A stretch of DNA of 64,000 nt from Camelus ferus (lineage: Eukaryota). Below, piece by piece: positions 12,521 through 24,871 of the stretch. Under the pieces are notes generated by a model. It saw only the letters and a program-made list of their open reading frames with translations. It made no database searches and was not told where the DNA came from. The stretch covers positions 106,270,001 through 106,334,000 of the forward strand of contig NC_045696.1 in assembly GCF_009834535.1 (NCBI RefSeq), written 5' to 3'. A program made the translations under genes and the position numbers. Each line of letters starts with the position of its first letter. The first letter of the stretch is position 1.

Positions 12521-13262
12521 TGGGGATTCAGAGGAGAGGGGACTGGGATGGCAAATCAGATGGAAGAGAACGTGTAAATGCCTGAAGGTGTGATACAATG
12601 ACAGGGCACGTGTGGCTGGAGCATGGGGGGGGGGGAGGCCAGGGGGTGGGGAAAGCACGAGGCAGGCAGAGCCAGACTGTGAGGTGCTTCTGAGCCACGC
12701 TTGAGAGTCAGGAGGATGCAGGTGAGCTGGGAAGTGAAGGCTGTATTATGAAAAGTGCACACAGCCAGGAGAAACGTTCTTGGCTATTCTCAGGTTAGAG
12801 GGATCTCTGACCATGACTCTTGTCTCTCCCAGTAAATGGTGAGTCTTTGGAAGACAGGGACTCCATAATGGTCACTGCTGTATCCCCAACAGCCAGGCCA
12901 GGCTGGCAGCAGGTACTCAGTGAGGTTTTGAGCTAATGAATGTTTTTATTGTTAAAAGGCCTAAGATCTAGTCTAATGATTGAGGGAATGCATGGGAATG
13001 GCCTCGGGATCCTCTCCAGATACCCACTGAGATGGCCCAGGCTCATGTTATTCAGAGTTAAAATGAGAATCTTGAATAATTTGCTCATTATTAGTTTAGC
13101 TCTTACTCAGATGTCACATAGTTGGCTCATAGATTATTAAAAAAGAAATCCAGGGATCTAAAAGATTTTGAGTTTGGCCATGTGACTTACTAAGCAATTC
13201 AAACCCTTCCATAAACAAATCCAACATACCTCAAAGCAGGGCCCTTTCACCTTGATACTCAC

Positions 13263-13356
13263 TTGTCACAAAGGTTTGAATCTGGTGACTGACTCAGTTT
13301 GTGTAGAATATCCACAATGCCCATGTCTCGTAATTTATCCTGGCGTTCTTGTGAAC
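13263..13356 (-). CDS. ARMC8: ARMC8 exon ~21
   Basis: 94 nt, AG/GT flanks; (G)[30 protein letters not shown](K). Confidence 0.96.
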
Positions 13357-14019
13357 CTGAGAGATGGAAGCTAACAGGTTACTGGGAACATGACCCAGGC
13401 AGTTACTCTCCTTAATGTACGACCAACCACCCAGGGCCTTACCAGTGTCCTCCACTCCCCGCTTCCTTCCTCCCCCTCGCCCTCACCCTCCTCAATGTAG
13501 CCGAATGCCTTCGTGCCTGGATTCCCCAACAGCATTTTAACTGGTCTCTCTTCCTCTTGACCCTCCTTCCTGCAGTCCATCCTGGATTCTGCTGCTGGAT
13601 TGATTTCTCCATGGACCACAGACAGGGTCATGGTCAGATTCTATAGACTGGCACAAGGCTCTCTCCATCAGGCCCCATCTTCATCACTTCTTTCTGGACA
13701 TACTTAGCCAGGCTCTTCCTACTCCAAACAGGTCTTTTTCCCCCCTCTATTCTCTTCCACCCTCCTCGGACCTCCCAGCACTTCCTGTTGCCTCTTAGCA
13801 GGTGGTAGTTCCAAGTCCATACTACTATGTTCTACCTTCCAACCAGACCAGGACGCTGTGAGAGTGACTCTGGTGCCTGACACCTGGCCTGGCCTGTATG
13901 TTGAATCCAGTTTTTCCTCCTTTCACTTTGATCTGGAAGAATAGTAATTCTCCTGGATTCCTTCCTCCCCACTGAAGAGCCCACAGTCACTCACTCATGC
14001 AGTGACCTCCTCGAGACAT

Positions 14020-14270
14020 AGTGAACCAGAATCTCTAGGGGGAGCCAGAAATCTGCATTTTAAAAAGTTGCTCATGTGATTTTCATGTAGTCAACGCAGC
14101 ACTGAAACCCATTGCTCTCTTACATCTGTTCACTACCTTGGCTATACAGTGGAATCATCTGAGGGATTAAAAAAAAACACTTCTGCCTGGAGCCCACCCC
14201 TAGAGATTCTGATTTAACCGGCTGGTGCAAAAATCCCTGGGTGATTCTAATACAGTCCAGGTGGAGACCT
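14020..14270. mobile_element. Pair of MER5-like remnants
   Basis: CAGAATCTCTAGGG...AATCTGCATTTTAAAAAG and GGAATCATCTGAGGG...CCCACCCCTAGAGATTCTGATTTAA. Confidence 0.55.
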
Positions 14271-14720
14271 ACAGAGGCCTCCTTACAGACTAGCCACTTC
14301 CCTAGTCCCAGTGTGTTTCTCATTCCTCACCAACACCCCCTCTTCTCCACGAAGCTCACCTGCCTGTAGTCCTTCCCTGTGCTTCCCTGCACAGAATGAA
14401 AGGCTGTATACTTGCACCTCTCATCTTCTTCAAGGGCAGTTCGCCATCCTCCTCCTTAGCCTTCTCAAGGGCAAGGACTGTCACTTACTTCTCTAGGGTC
14501 TCCTGCACCCCACCCTCAGTAATCCGGAACAGTGCCGACTCCAAGTTGGGGGCTCAGTGTCAGCTAGTCACACAGATTCTCATCCTAAGGGACTCAGTTG
14601 GGGGCCTGGGACCAAATGAATGGTGCCTCTACCCAGGACTTCTGGGCACCTGATGCCTTTCCTGTGCAAGACCCTCCCTTCCCGCAATTTTCTTCAGGAC
14701 AAATCTCACCCATCTCTTAC

Positions 14721-14793
14721 CTTCCTCGTCATTCCATATGAGGTTTGATATACAAAACATAGCGGCAAGCTGCAATTTGACATGTGAATGACC
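14721..14793 (-). CDS. ARMC8: ARMC8 exon ~20
   Basis: 73 nt; GHSHVKLQLAAMFCISNLIWNDEE(G); donor gtaaga. Confidence 0.96.
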
Positions 14794-17211
14794 CTATTTG
14801 ATGCAGAAAAAGAAAGAAGAAATGGAGGTAATCTCATTTGAGGTAATTTTTTGGAACATACCACAGACAATTCCAATAGCCTAAAAGTTTGAAGCGGGGA
14901 CCTCAAACCCGAATGTCTTCTAAGTCACTTATTTGTCCCTCTGCGTTATCTAGTCTGCTTCTAAAAGAATTTAGCTTGGCTCTTATCTCAGCCACTGAGT
15001 TTTCTGTTTTTTATTGGCTCCTCTTTATGTTTCCATTTTCTTTGAATGGTATTCTGTGTTTTTATTTGCAGTCTCTCTCATTTCCTTCAGTGCTTTTATA
15101 GGGCCCTTTTTGAACTCATGATCTAGTAGACTATTGAGGTCTACTTCATTGAGGTCTACTTCGTTCTTTCAGGGGACTTCTCTTAAACCCAGTGTCTTGA
15201 GGAGCTACAAAGTGAGCACTACTGGGTGAACAGGTTGGGCTAGAGACAACAGAAAATGGTGGGAAAGCTGGCCAGGGGGAGTGAAACCTTGCCAAAAGAC
15301 ACTCACACTCCAATTTCAGAAAACAACCCCCACCCCCAGGGCCACAGGTGCAGTCTGCAACCTATCCCGCCACCCTTGCACATGGGAACACTGGCACCCG
15401 ACCAGCCCGTGCTCCTGACTGAGCTCTGTCTGCGTTACGAGATGCTCGGGTCACCAGGCCAATAAACTGGATGCACGTGCACTCGGTACTCATCTCTCTG
15501 GCCTGATTATCTCATCAAATGACTCATTTCTACAGGAACATCACAGAAAACCTGATAGATCCTCTTTTACTCGTAAGGGGCCTCCTGAAACATACTTTCT
15601 GTTTATTTCTCTTTATATACTGAAAGTACAACCATTTTTGCTTAAGTTATTATTTATCCATATAGAGTGTTTCTCCTAAATGAAAGAAGACCTAATGGTA
15701 AAACAATCTTTCCTAATGATTTTCCTATTGGTCAATTAAAAAAGAAAGTCCCCAGGACATTACAATAACTTAAGCATATCTGGGGAAACACTGCGGCTCG
15801 AAGCGCTCAATGGTCCTCGAGGGCTGAGACAGCCTTGTCTTGCTGCGGAGAACTGCATCTCAACTAAGCGGAGACAAAGGGAAGGACATGGCTTCCGTCA
15901 TTAGAATTCTATGGTGGGTGGTTTTCTTTTTCCTTCTACCTGCCAAGACTCTTAAAGAGCTGTCTAGTTTGGGTTCCTACAAAACATAACAAAATGTATC
16001 ATCTGCTCCCGGCATCAGGCCATCAGTGTGTATTTGCTGAATAAATGAACTTATTTATAGCATAACAATAAGTATTTACTACATACAAGTTCATTCATCA
16101 TTCACTCAATATTTTTTGAGGAAACAAATTGCTGTGATAGAGAACCCTGGAGGGTGGAGGGGTAGGAACCTAATTCCTAATTTCGGAGAAATACACAGAA
16201 AAGATCTCTTTGAAGGAGGCAATACTTAAACAGAGAAAGAATAAAGAATAAGAAGAGTAGGAGGGTGCCAGTGTACAAAGAGCAAGAGGCGCCAAGAGGA
16301 AGGACCAGGTCTGAGAAGGCGCGAGGTAAGCAGCAGCGGCACAGCTTGTGCACACAGGGCAGGAAAGCAGCGTGCTGCTAATGCAGAGAGGGAGGCACAG
16401 CTCCACCGTGGGCCCTGCAGGCCAGAGGAAGGACTGGACCTCATTCTGAGTTGACGGGAAGCCCTGCAGGATTTAAGCAGTGGAGGGACAAGGCGGGACT
16501 TAACAATTTTAGAAGATCACCCAGGCTGACGGGTGGGAGTGACAGTGCAGAGGTGTCTGGGAGGCTGCTAGAGCCCATCAGGCCTGAGATGCCGTGGCCT
16601 GGACTAGGGTGAGGGCAGTGGTAAAAGGAAGAAGTGAACAACAGGATGCAGATCAGCGTTGGCGGCAGGGCTGACAGGACCTACTGATAAACTGGATCAA
16701 CCAGGTGAAAGCGCTGGGGAAATCAAGACTGACTCCTGGGTGTGAGCAAAGGGGTAAACGGTGGAGCCACTACACTGAGAGAAAAGGTTGGGGGGAGAAA
16801 TTTAGGTTTAGGGGAGATATTTAAGAACTGATTTTTAAACATCAACCTCAAGAGGCTTCAGACAGCCACGTGGAGATGCTGGGTAGGCAGGAGGATACAC
16901 GGGACTGGAGTTCAGAAGAGAGGTCGAGGCTGGAGGTAAACCCTCACTGTGACCCTCGATCTTGCCCCCCTCCCCAGCCCCCATTGAGAAACCAGCATTT
17001 GTAAAGCTGTAGACACCATCAGGGAAGCTTGTTGTCATGGCTTTTGGAGGCCAGTAACCATTACTGTGGCTGTGTTTTATACTGCTTGATACCATGAAAG
17101 TGTAAATACTGTAATGCCTAACTTATCAAAATGACTACTGAACTAGAACCAGAAATCAGAAAAAGAATAGAGGTGACAGTAAAAGCCATGGGAGCGAATG
17201 AGATTCCTCTA

Positions 17212-17380
17212 AATCAGAGGTTCTCAACTCTAGCCATGTACAGAAGAACCACCTGGGGAACCTTAAAAAATACCCTGATGTCCAGGCTATTAAGTCAGAA
17301 TCTTGGGAGGAAAGGGGCAAGGCAATGGTCTTTGAGAGCTCCCTAGGAGACTCCACTGTGCAACAAGGTGTTAACCATTA
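17212..17380 (+). mobile_element. MER5-like MITE nested in an L2
   Basis: CAGAGGTTCTCAAC...AGAACCACCTGGGGAACCTTAAAAAATAC...CTCCCTAGGAGACTCC. Confidence 0.6.
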
Positions 17381-18384
17381 GTCTCAGGAGCCACGTGGGA
17401 GAGAAAAGGAGAGAGTCCAGGGCTAAGCAGGGAGGCGTAATGTCATGGAAACCAAGAGAAAAGAATGTTTCCAGCAGAAGGAAACAGCCAGCTGTGGAGA
17501 AGTTCGCTGTAAGTGAGCTAAGATGAGGAGAGAAGACTATCCTCTGGATTTGGCATCACAGAGGTTTGTTGGTGACTTTAACCAGAACAGTTTCAGTTGA
17601 GTGATGGGGTGGAGGCCAGAGGAAGTTTGCTGAAGAGTGAATTTAGAGGCATGTGCAGAAGATGCTTTTAGGAAGTCTGGCTCTGAACAGCAGCAGAGAG
17701 GCAGGTGTACCTCAGTGAGTATGGGAAGTGAGGAGATACCATGCGGATCTGGTACTGGAAAGAGAAGGGAGTTCCTGGCTGAAGCAGTACGGTTTTCATT
17801 CAACTTACTGAGCATATGCTAAAGGCCAGGCCCCGGCAAGGTGATGGATATACAACTGTGCACAGAACTGACACAGTCTTTGCCCTCACGGAGCTGACAC
17901 TCAGTAGTTGCACAAACAAAAAAATATACGTTGTGATAATTGAGCCAAGTGCTCTGAAGGGAACAGAATTCAGTAACAAAGAATAATGCACGTAGACAAA
18001 AGCCCACAAGGAAGTATCAGTTGAGCTAAGATCCGAGAGGTGAGAAGGTGCCCCATGAAGGAGTGGGGAGAGAAGTGTTCCAGGCAGAGGAGCCATCATG
18101 TGTGAAGGTCCCGAGGCAGGAAAGAACACGCGTGGCTTCTGTGAGGAACAGTCAGTGTAGTTCAAAGGGAAGAGGGGAAGGAGAGGAGCTGGGGATGTAG
18201 ATGAGCCAGGTCATGTAGGAACTCACAGGCCTTCAAATGTGGGCTGTAGGGTTTATTCAGGGTGTAATAGGGAGCCACTGAAGGACTCTGGCTTTTAGTC
18301 TCCTAATAAAACAGAAGGTACAGAAGGTGAGGTCATCACTAGGAGTGGTAAGGGAGAGAAGAGGTGAGGTTTAAAGAATAAGGA

Positions 18385-18520
18385 AGGGGGGAGGGTACAG
18401 CTTAGTGGGTAGAGCGCATGCTTAGCAAGCAGGAGGTCATGGGTTCAATCCTCAGTACCTCCGTTAAATGAAAAATAATAATTAATAAATAAATAAACCT
18501 AATTATCCCCCCCCCCCCAA
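18385..18520 (+). mobile_element. tRNA-derived SINE, camelid Vic-1-like
   Basis: tRNA-like head with A box (CAGCTTAGTGG) and B box (GGTTCAATCC), (AATA)n and C-rich tail; perfect TSD AAAGAATAAGGA at 18373-18384 and 18521-18532. Confidence 0.85.
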
Positions 18521-18633
18521 AAAGAATAAGGAGAAGGTACTACCTATTCTTTGGAGAATGGAGATGCCAGTGGAGAATCACAGGAGGGTACCAGGCAGGG
18601 CTGAGCGCCATGCAGTTTTTGTAATGTGAATTT

Positions 18634-18722
18634 TTTTCCCTTGTTGATTTTATAATTGCTCTTTATATATATTTATATATGTGTGTGTATGTGTATGTGT
18701 GTGTATATATATATATATATAT

Positions 18723-18753
<31 letters not shown>

Positions 18754-18881
18754 TAGGCATACATACACTTTTTTTTTAATTGAAGTATACTTGGTTTACT
18801 CTGTGTTAATTTCTGGCATACAGCATAGTGTTTCAGTTATATGCATATATTCTTTTCCATACTGTTTCTCATTATAGGTTA
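18634..18881 (-). mobile_element. 5'-truncated L1 3' end plus extra microsatellite-bearing segment inside one TSD
   Basis: T-run followed by AATTGAAGTATA...TTTCTGGCATACAGCATAGTG (antisense L1 3'UTR); TSD TGTAATGTGAATTT at 18620-18633 and 18882-18895. Confidence 0.75.
18664..18752. repeat. Compound (TA)n/(TG)n/(GA)n microsatellite
   Basis: Directly visible. Confidence 0.95.
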
Positions 18882-19516
18882 TGTAATGTGAATTTAACAC
18901 GAAACCAGTCAGCCTGGTTCTGTGCCTTTCTCTGCAGTTAACTCTGACACACAGGCAAAGAGAAGATAGGTTTGTCCACAGTTAGGGTTTTGCTAAGAGA
19001 CACTGATGGCATGAAAACAGGAGGGATGTTTAATACCCAGATTTTGACAATGGGCAGTTTCTGGTGATGACAAGATCCAGGGTATGACCATGGCAGTAGG
19101 TGGCTGAGGTGTTGCAAGCAGGTAGCAGATTGTGATTAAAAGCAGACTGATCAAAGGACAACTGCCAGAGGTAGCAGAGGCTAGAGGCTATATAGGACTG
19201 AAGCTGTGAGAGGGAAGAAGGGGCTAGGGGGCGCCGACAGAGGGCCAAGAGCCCGAGTCGTCACTGTGTAAGAGGGAGGCAGTCAGACGAGCGAGTGGGG
19301 AGGGGCGTGGCAGGTGGTAACACTGCCAAACGGCACAAGATTCCAGGGCTTGTCTGGTGTTTTATTCTTCAGGATGGAAGAGAGCTTCTGGAATCTGTTA
19401 CAGAGGAGTCCATTCTTTGTTTAATCTCTGCACAATCTGGTTTGAGCTGACAAGGCTACAGCCCTTGCCTTCTAACGTGCAGCTAGTGTGAAGCGGTGAA
19501 AGGGACAAAGGCCTAC

Positions 19517-19612
19517 CATGTAGTACTTGATTTTCTGCAGGATGTCATCGTTGGTCATGATAAGCTCTTTTGCCGTTGTCCCATCTGCTATGTTGGCCAG
19601 GATGCACAGTGT
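19517..19612 (-). CDS. ARMC8: ARMC8 exon ~19
   Basis: 96 nt; [32 protein letters not shown]; donor gtaggc. Confidence 0.96.
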
Positions 19613-21511
19613 CTAGAAAAGAACAGAGGGCCAGTGATCAGGAACGCTCTGAAGCCCGCAGGCTCAAGCTTTCTCAAGAACTTGGACAATTTCCCACCTG
19701 AGGCACATGTTCTCCCAGGTTCTACTCCAAATGCCCTGATTTCGTATCTCCTAACATCACTGACAACAAAAGTAACCATACCTAAGAAAATCTCCCTGAG
19801 GTAAAAGAGAACCCAAACGTTTCAGTGGTTTCTTTCTGGGCGTAAGCCATCACTGCTGGGTAAAGGCAGCCATGTCTTAGAGTTCATCACACAAATCACA
19901 GGGAAAATGAAATTTATTATTATTTTCTTGAAAATTTTATTTTACAGAGAAGCTCTTGCTACTAACCCACAAGATTTCTTCAAAGAGATAGTCTCTTTGG
20001 TGGAAGCTTCACACGTGTTACAACCCCTCCTACCTCCCCCTCCAAATGCTACTGGTTTCCAAGCTCATGACCTTCTGGAGGGAGACCTGGGCCCTGTCCA
20101 TTAGCCACATGCAATGAGGACCTCTTGACTTTTTTGAACCCTATTAGAGGAACAGAAAGGGAAGCACATTGTGTGGAGGAGTTTACTCCAGGATTGGCCT
20201 AATTTGGAGGCTGGAGGGAGCCAGTGCCAGCTGGCAGGACAGTCTATCTTGAGGACAATCACCACATTGGTCCTGGAGGAAGAGACTGCTCTTGTCACCT
20301 GCTACATTCTCACAGCCAGACCAGCAGGAGGCAAGAACTAAGGTAAAGGTGAAAGGACTGGGACAGGGCCGCTGCGCCAGTACCAGCTGCAGCAATTAGA
20401 CAAACACTAGCCGAGCACCTGTAACATGCATGCCCTCCGCCACTCCGCAGGACACGAGGGTGAGACAGGACGAGGACACACTCCCTAACTTCGAAGCCAT
20501 CTCACTCCGGTGTAACTGAGGTAAAAACGGAACTGAGAAAGCAAGACGTGCATTTTGTGATAATGTGAGGGTCAGGGAAGGCTTCTTGGAGGAAGTGGCA
20601 CTGAGTCCAGGAGCACAGTAAGGAATCACTCAAAGAAGGTGATGAGAGGTGGGGAAGGGGTCTAAATTCAAATAATTTTCTCCAGTTTCAACCTTTTTTT
20701 CCCCTAGACTCAAGCTAGTTAAGCATGCAGGTTATCGCTAATTGAGGAGACCGTTTTCTTACTACGGTCCAAACCTTCAGATATCTTAAAGGGTGGGTGG
20801 TCTTATTTTTCCTAGGTTAACAATACTACAGTAACTAGACTGTTAGGGAGTGAGTTCTGAACCAGAAAAGGTTGCCTTTCTGATACAGGAAACATAGAAA
20901 ATGCAATCTTATGTTCCAAGGCACTGGGAACTATTCATTCCTGGAAACTTAAATCATGTGAGGAGACCCTGACATGCCCCAGGAGTTGGGGAGAGGTGAT
21001 GTGAGGAAGATGTCAGATTTCAAAGTGATCTGGTACGTGGTGAGCCTGTCAGAAATCTTGGCATGCACAATACCCTTGAATTCTTCAGGACTGAGGGGAG
21101 AGCATGGGGGAAAAACAAGTTTGGACTGTAACCATGGGTAAGAATTTAGACTTACTTAGGGAAGAACGACGCCTCTCTTATCCACTAAGACAATGAGTAT
21201 AAGAGGGGATTTCAGGAAACATTCCTCAGAATAGACTAGGTCAGCAAAGACAGGCAAGTGATTCCCCTTCTTGGAGTGTTAGAATACACCTATGCATCGC
21301 ATCCTCAGGCTTGACAGCATGGCAGAGTGAGCTACAGTTTTTGAAGCCCATATACCCCTACGGTAAATATTCTGATGGAGACAAGAAACCAAATCGTAAA
21401 GAGACTAGTTAGTTCTGGGGTCAAGCCAATGTAATACACGAGCTAGGGAGCAGAGATAAAAGCCACACACACGCAATCTCCTGTGAACAACTAGAAATCA
21501 ATGATAATAGA

Positions 21512-21734
21512 GTAGAAATTGTCAAATTATGGCTTGTGAGCCAAATACAACCCAATGCCTGTTTTGGCAAAAAAAGTTTTACTGGAAGACAGCCACGTCC
21601 ACTTGCTTACATATTGTCTATACCTGCTTTCAGCTGAGAACAGCACAGTTGAAAAGTTGCTACAGAGACAGTGTAGCCTGGAAAACATAAAAATATCTGT
21701 CTTGCCCTTTGTAGAAACAGTTTGCCAACCCCTG
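21512..21734. mobile_element. MER58A-like hAT MITE
   Basis: AAAGTTTTACTGGAAGACAGCCAC...CCCTTTGTAGAAACAGTTTGCCAACCCCTG. Confidence 0.75.
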
Positions 21735-21744
21735 AAATAGGTAA

Positions 21745-22931
21745 TAGAAAAATAACAGGGGGGAGGAAATCAATGAAACCAAAATCTGCTTCTTGGAGAA
21801 GAGAAAAAAAAATGGATAAATCTCTTGTCTATCAAACCTCTTGTCAAACTGAATCAGGAAAAAAGGAATTACCAATATAAAGAACAAAAGACAGTTCAAT
21901 CCAAAGAATACTAGACTTTAAAACACAAGAGAATATTTTGAATACTTTTATATTAATAAATTTGAAAACAGATGAAATGGACAAATTTCTTGAAAGACAC
22001 AATGTCAAAGCTCACTCAAGAAAAAATAGATAACCTGAATAATCCTATTTCTATAAAAGAACTTGAATTTGTAGCTAAACACCTTTCCACAAAAGAAACA
22101 CCAGGTCCAGATGGCTTCATTGGTCCATTCCACCAAAATCTGAGACAGAAAGAAGACCACTTCTTCGCAAATTTTCTTGCAGAAAACTGAAGAAGAGAGA
22201 ACACTTCCATCTCATTCCCTGAAGCAAGCATTACCCCGTATCAAAATCAGACGAAGACATCACAAGAAAACTATATACTGTATCATGAATATAGATGTGA
22301 AACATTCCTCACCAAATGTTAGTAAATTGAACCCAGTAACATAAGTAAGCATAATACATAATGACATTTTAATATGATACATCTATTTATGTAGATCTTA
22401 GATTTCTTTATCAGTGTTTTATAGTTTTCAGCAAACAGAGCTGTGCATATTTGTGAGATTTATACATAGTATTTCATTTTTTTCTGAGCTACTGTAAAGG
22501 ATACTTTTTTAAAAGTTTCAATTTCTAGTTACTCATGCTAGTATATAAAAATACAATTGATTTTTCTACCTTGAGGCCTTGGTTAACTCACTGACTAGTG
22601 CTAGCTTTTTTCTGAGTCGATGGCATTTTCTAGACAGACTTCCATGTTGCTGGGGAATAGTTTTACTTTTTCCCTTTTCTATCTGTATGCATTTTCTTTC
22701 TTTTTCTTGCCTTATTGTACTTGGTAGTAGTTTCAGTAATGACGATGAATAGGAGGGGTAAGAATGGAATACTTGTCTTGCTCCTGATCTAAGGATAGTG
22801 ATAGATATGCTCGCTATCTTGATCATGGTGACTGTTCCATCGTATACACATGCAACTTATCACACTGTATGCTTTAAATACATGTAGCTTATTGTATATC
22901 AACATACCTCAGTAAAAAAGAAAAAAAAAAA
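21745..22931 (+). mobile_element. Old L1 (L1M-type) with an internally inverted segment and poly(A)
   Basis: Sense ORF2 remnant (KLTQEKIDNLNNPISIKELE...PGPDGF) at ~21745-22360, antisense ORF2 remnant (SGARQ...IRQEKERKCIQI) at ~22390-22800, then a sense 3' end and A-tail ending at 22931. Confidence 0.8.
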
Positions 22932-24314
22932 GAACTTATATTTTGATACTTTTGAGAAGAATTAAACTTCTAGCTAAAAACCAGACAGTTTAAGCCTCCC
23001 CACAGTCGCCTACTTCTGGACCGTCACCCACATCTGTGTGAGAGAGTACCATTTGCATCCTGCCAAAACACATTTTGTTGTTGGTCTTCTCTTTTGCCCT
23101 CATCTAAATCTTGCCCCACCTTTCAAGTTAGTGCAATTCTATGCAGGTGCCTTTTATAGACAAATCTCTATGCTCTCCAGATAGACTAATTTATTTTGAA
23201 CACTGTATCTTCTTTATTGTTGTGTTCCAATAACGAATCTCATTCGCCCTAATTCAGTGATGCCTACAAGATCATAGTTTTACTGTGTTAAAGTTTTGTT
23301 CATCAAAAAACATACTTGTTTATTATTGACTTTCAAGAGAAATTCACCTATAACGTCCGTCTTAAAACCACTCTGTCAGATCTATCACCTCTTTCGCTCA
23401 CAAATCCCATCACAGCTCCTGAGTCCTACTACTCTTGCTTCCTGGACTTCTGAAGCCTGATGAATTACTCTTCACCCAGGAACACAGAGGATAAGGAGTG
23501 AGGCCCTGCAGTTAGACTCTGAGTCCAACTCCCCAGGGATGACCTCAATGCAAGTTTTTCCCATACATGTAAGTGTATAGCTCCATGAACGGTGAAAGTG
23601 AACACACTGTGTAGCCAGCATGTATGTCAGAAAGCTGAACGTCACCATTATCTTAGATCTTGTGTTAAAAATTTAAGTTTACAGGTGACTTTTCCTCTTA
23701 TGACAAAATATAATACACACACTATGTTCAAAATCATATAATAAATTCCAGGAACTACAGAAGAGTCACTCCCAAACTGTCTCCTAATGAACGCACAGCC
23801 TCTGTATTTTTATGCCTACCCTAAACCTGCCTTACTGAAACACAGTAGAAAGTAGGAGTATGGGATAAAAATAAGGAACAGGGATTCATGAAGGTAAAGA
23901 AAGAAAAAAATGTCTCCAGCATAAGGAATTATTTCATCAGGGAGTTGCAGGAATTTGAATTCAGAGTGTGGTGATACAGAGGGCTAGAAACAGTGAACCC
24001 TAGAGAAAGGATTCACTCCAGGGTGATCAGAATTGACCCCCATAGAGACAGAGAATGTCTATGGTACATGACACAGAGGGTAAAAACTCCAGACTCTGGT
24101 CATGTTTTCTTCTGTTCCAAGAGTAAGGATTCTTGAAGAGAGTTTAAGGGGTGGTGAAGAACCTTTCTCCCCAGATCTGTCTCTACAGCATGTCTGATCT
24201 CTGCACCCTGCCTTTTGCTGACTTGAATATTTCAGGAGACTCTTAACTATGATCTCTTAGTACTCACATTCAGATGTTCCTCAGAAAAGGGAAAAAAAAA
24301 AAAGGAACACATAC

Positions 24315-24410
24315 CTGCTCTTTGACCTCAATGTTATGCTCCCCTTCCAAAATAAGGGTGACGGCTTGCATAATTTGCTTTCCGTGAGTACTCATTATTT
24401 TATCTATGTG
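24315..24410 (-). CDS. ARMC8: ARMC8 exon ~18
   Basis: 96 nt; [32 protein letters not shown]; donor gtatgt. Confidence 0.96.
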
Positions 24411-24560
24411 CTGCAAAACAATGAGAAATCCACAATTATCATCTGAAGAACAAAGTCTTTTTAGACCAAGAACAGAAGGCTTCGAAAAGTTAAACAATAC
24501 ACAACTGCTTCAAAGAGAACACCATGGTATATAGGACTAGATGCCAATGAACAATGTTTA

Positions 24561-24871
24561 CAAGTGTACCTCGATTTATCGCACTTTGTAGATATTAGGT
24601 TTTTGTTTGTTTGTTTTGTTTTTTAACAAATTGAAGGTTTGTGGCAACCCTGTATTGAGCAAGTCTATTGGCATCATTTTTCCAACAGCATTATTTTTTA
24701 ATTAAGGTATATACTTAGTGTTTTTTTAAACAGAATGCTACTATATGCTTAATAGAAGACAGTATAGTGTAAACATAACTTTTATATGCACTGGGAAACC
24801 AAAAAATTCTTGTGACTCTCTTTACTGCAGTGGTCTAGAACTAAACCCACAGTATCTCTGAGGTGTGCCTG
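24561..24871 (+). mobile_element. Tigger1 internal-deletion derivative (MITE)
   Basis: TA flanks; TIR-like ends CAAGTGTACCTCG and GAGGTGTGCCTG; diagnostic TTGAAGGTTTGTGGCAACCCTG and ATAACTTTTATATGCACTGGGAAACCAAAAAATT. Confidence 0.85.

Larger units (their letters stand above)
16090..19250 (-). mobile_element. Cluster of antisense L2 fragments hosting several younger insertions
   Basis: GGAAGCCCTGCAGGATTTAAGCAG, GGACTGGAGTTCAGAAGAGAGG, GGATTTGGCATCACAGAGGT, GTGATGACAAGATCCAGGGTATGACCATGG. Confidence 0.7.

Noticed and set aside
18385..18465. Possible tRNA gene
   Set aside because: Has a SINE tail, a TSD and a degenerate cloverleaf; it is a tRNA-derived SINE.
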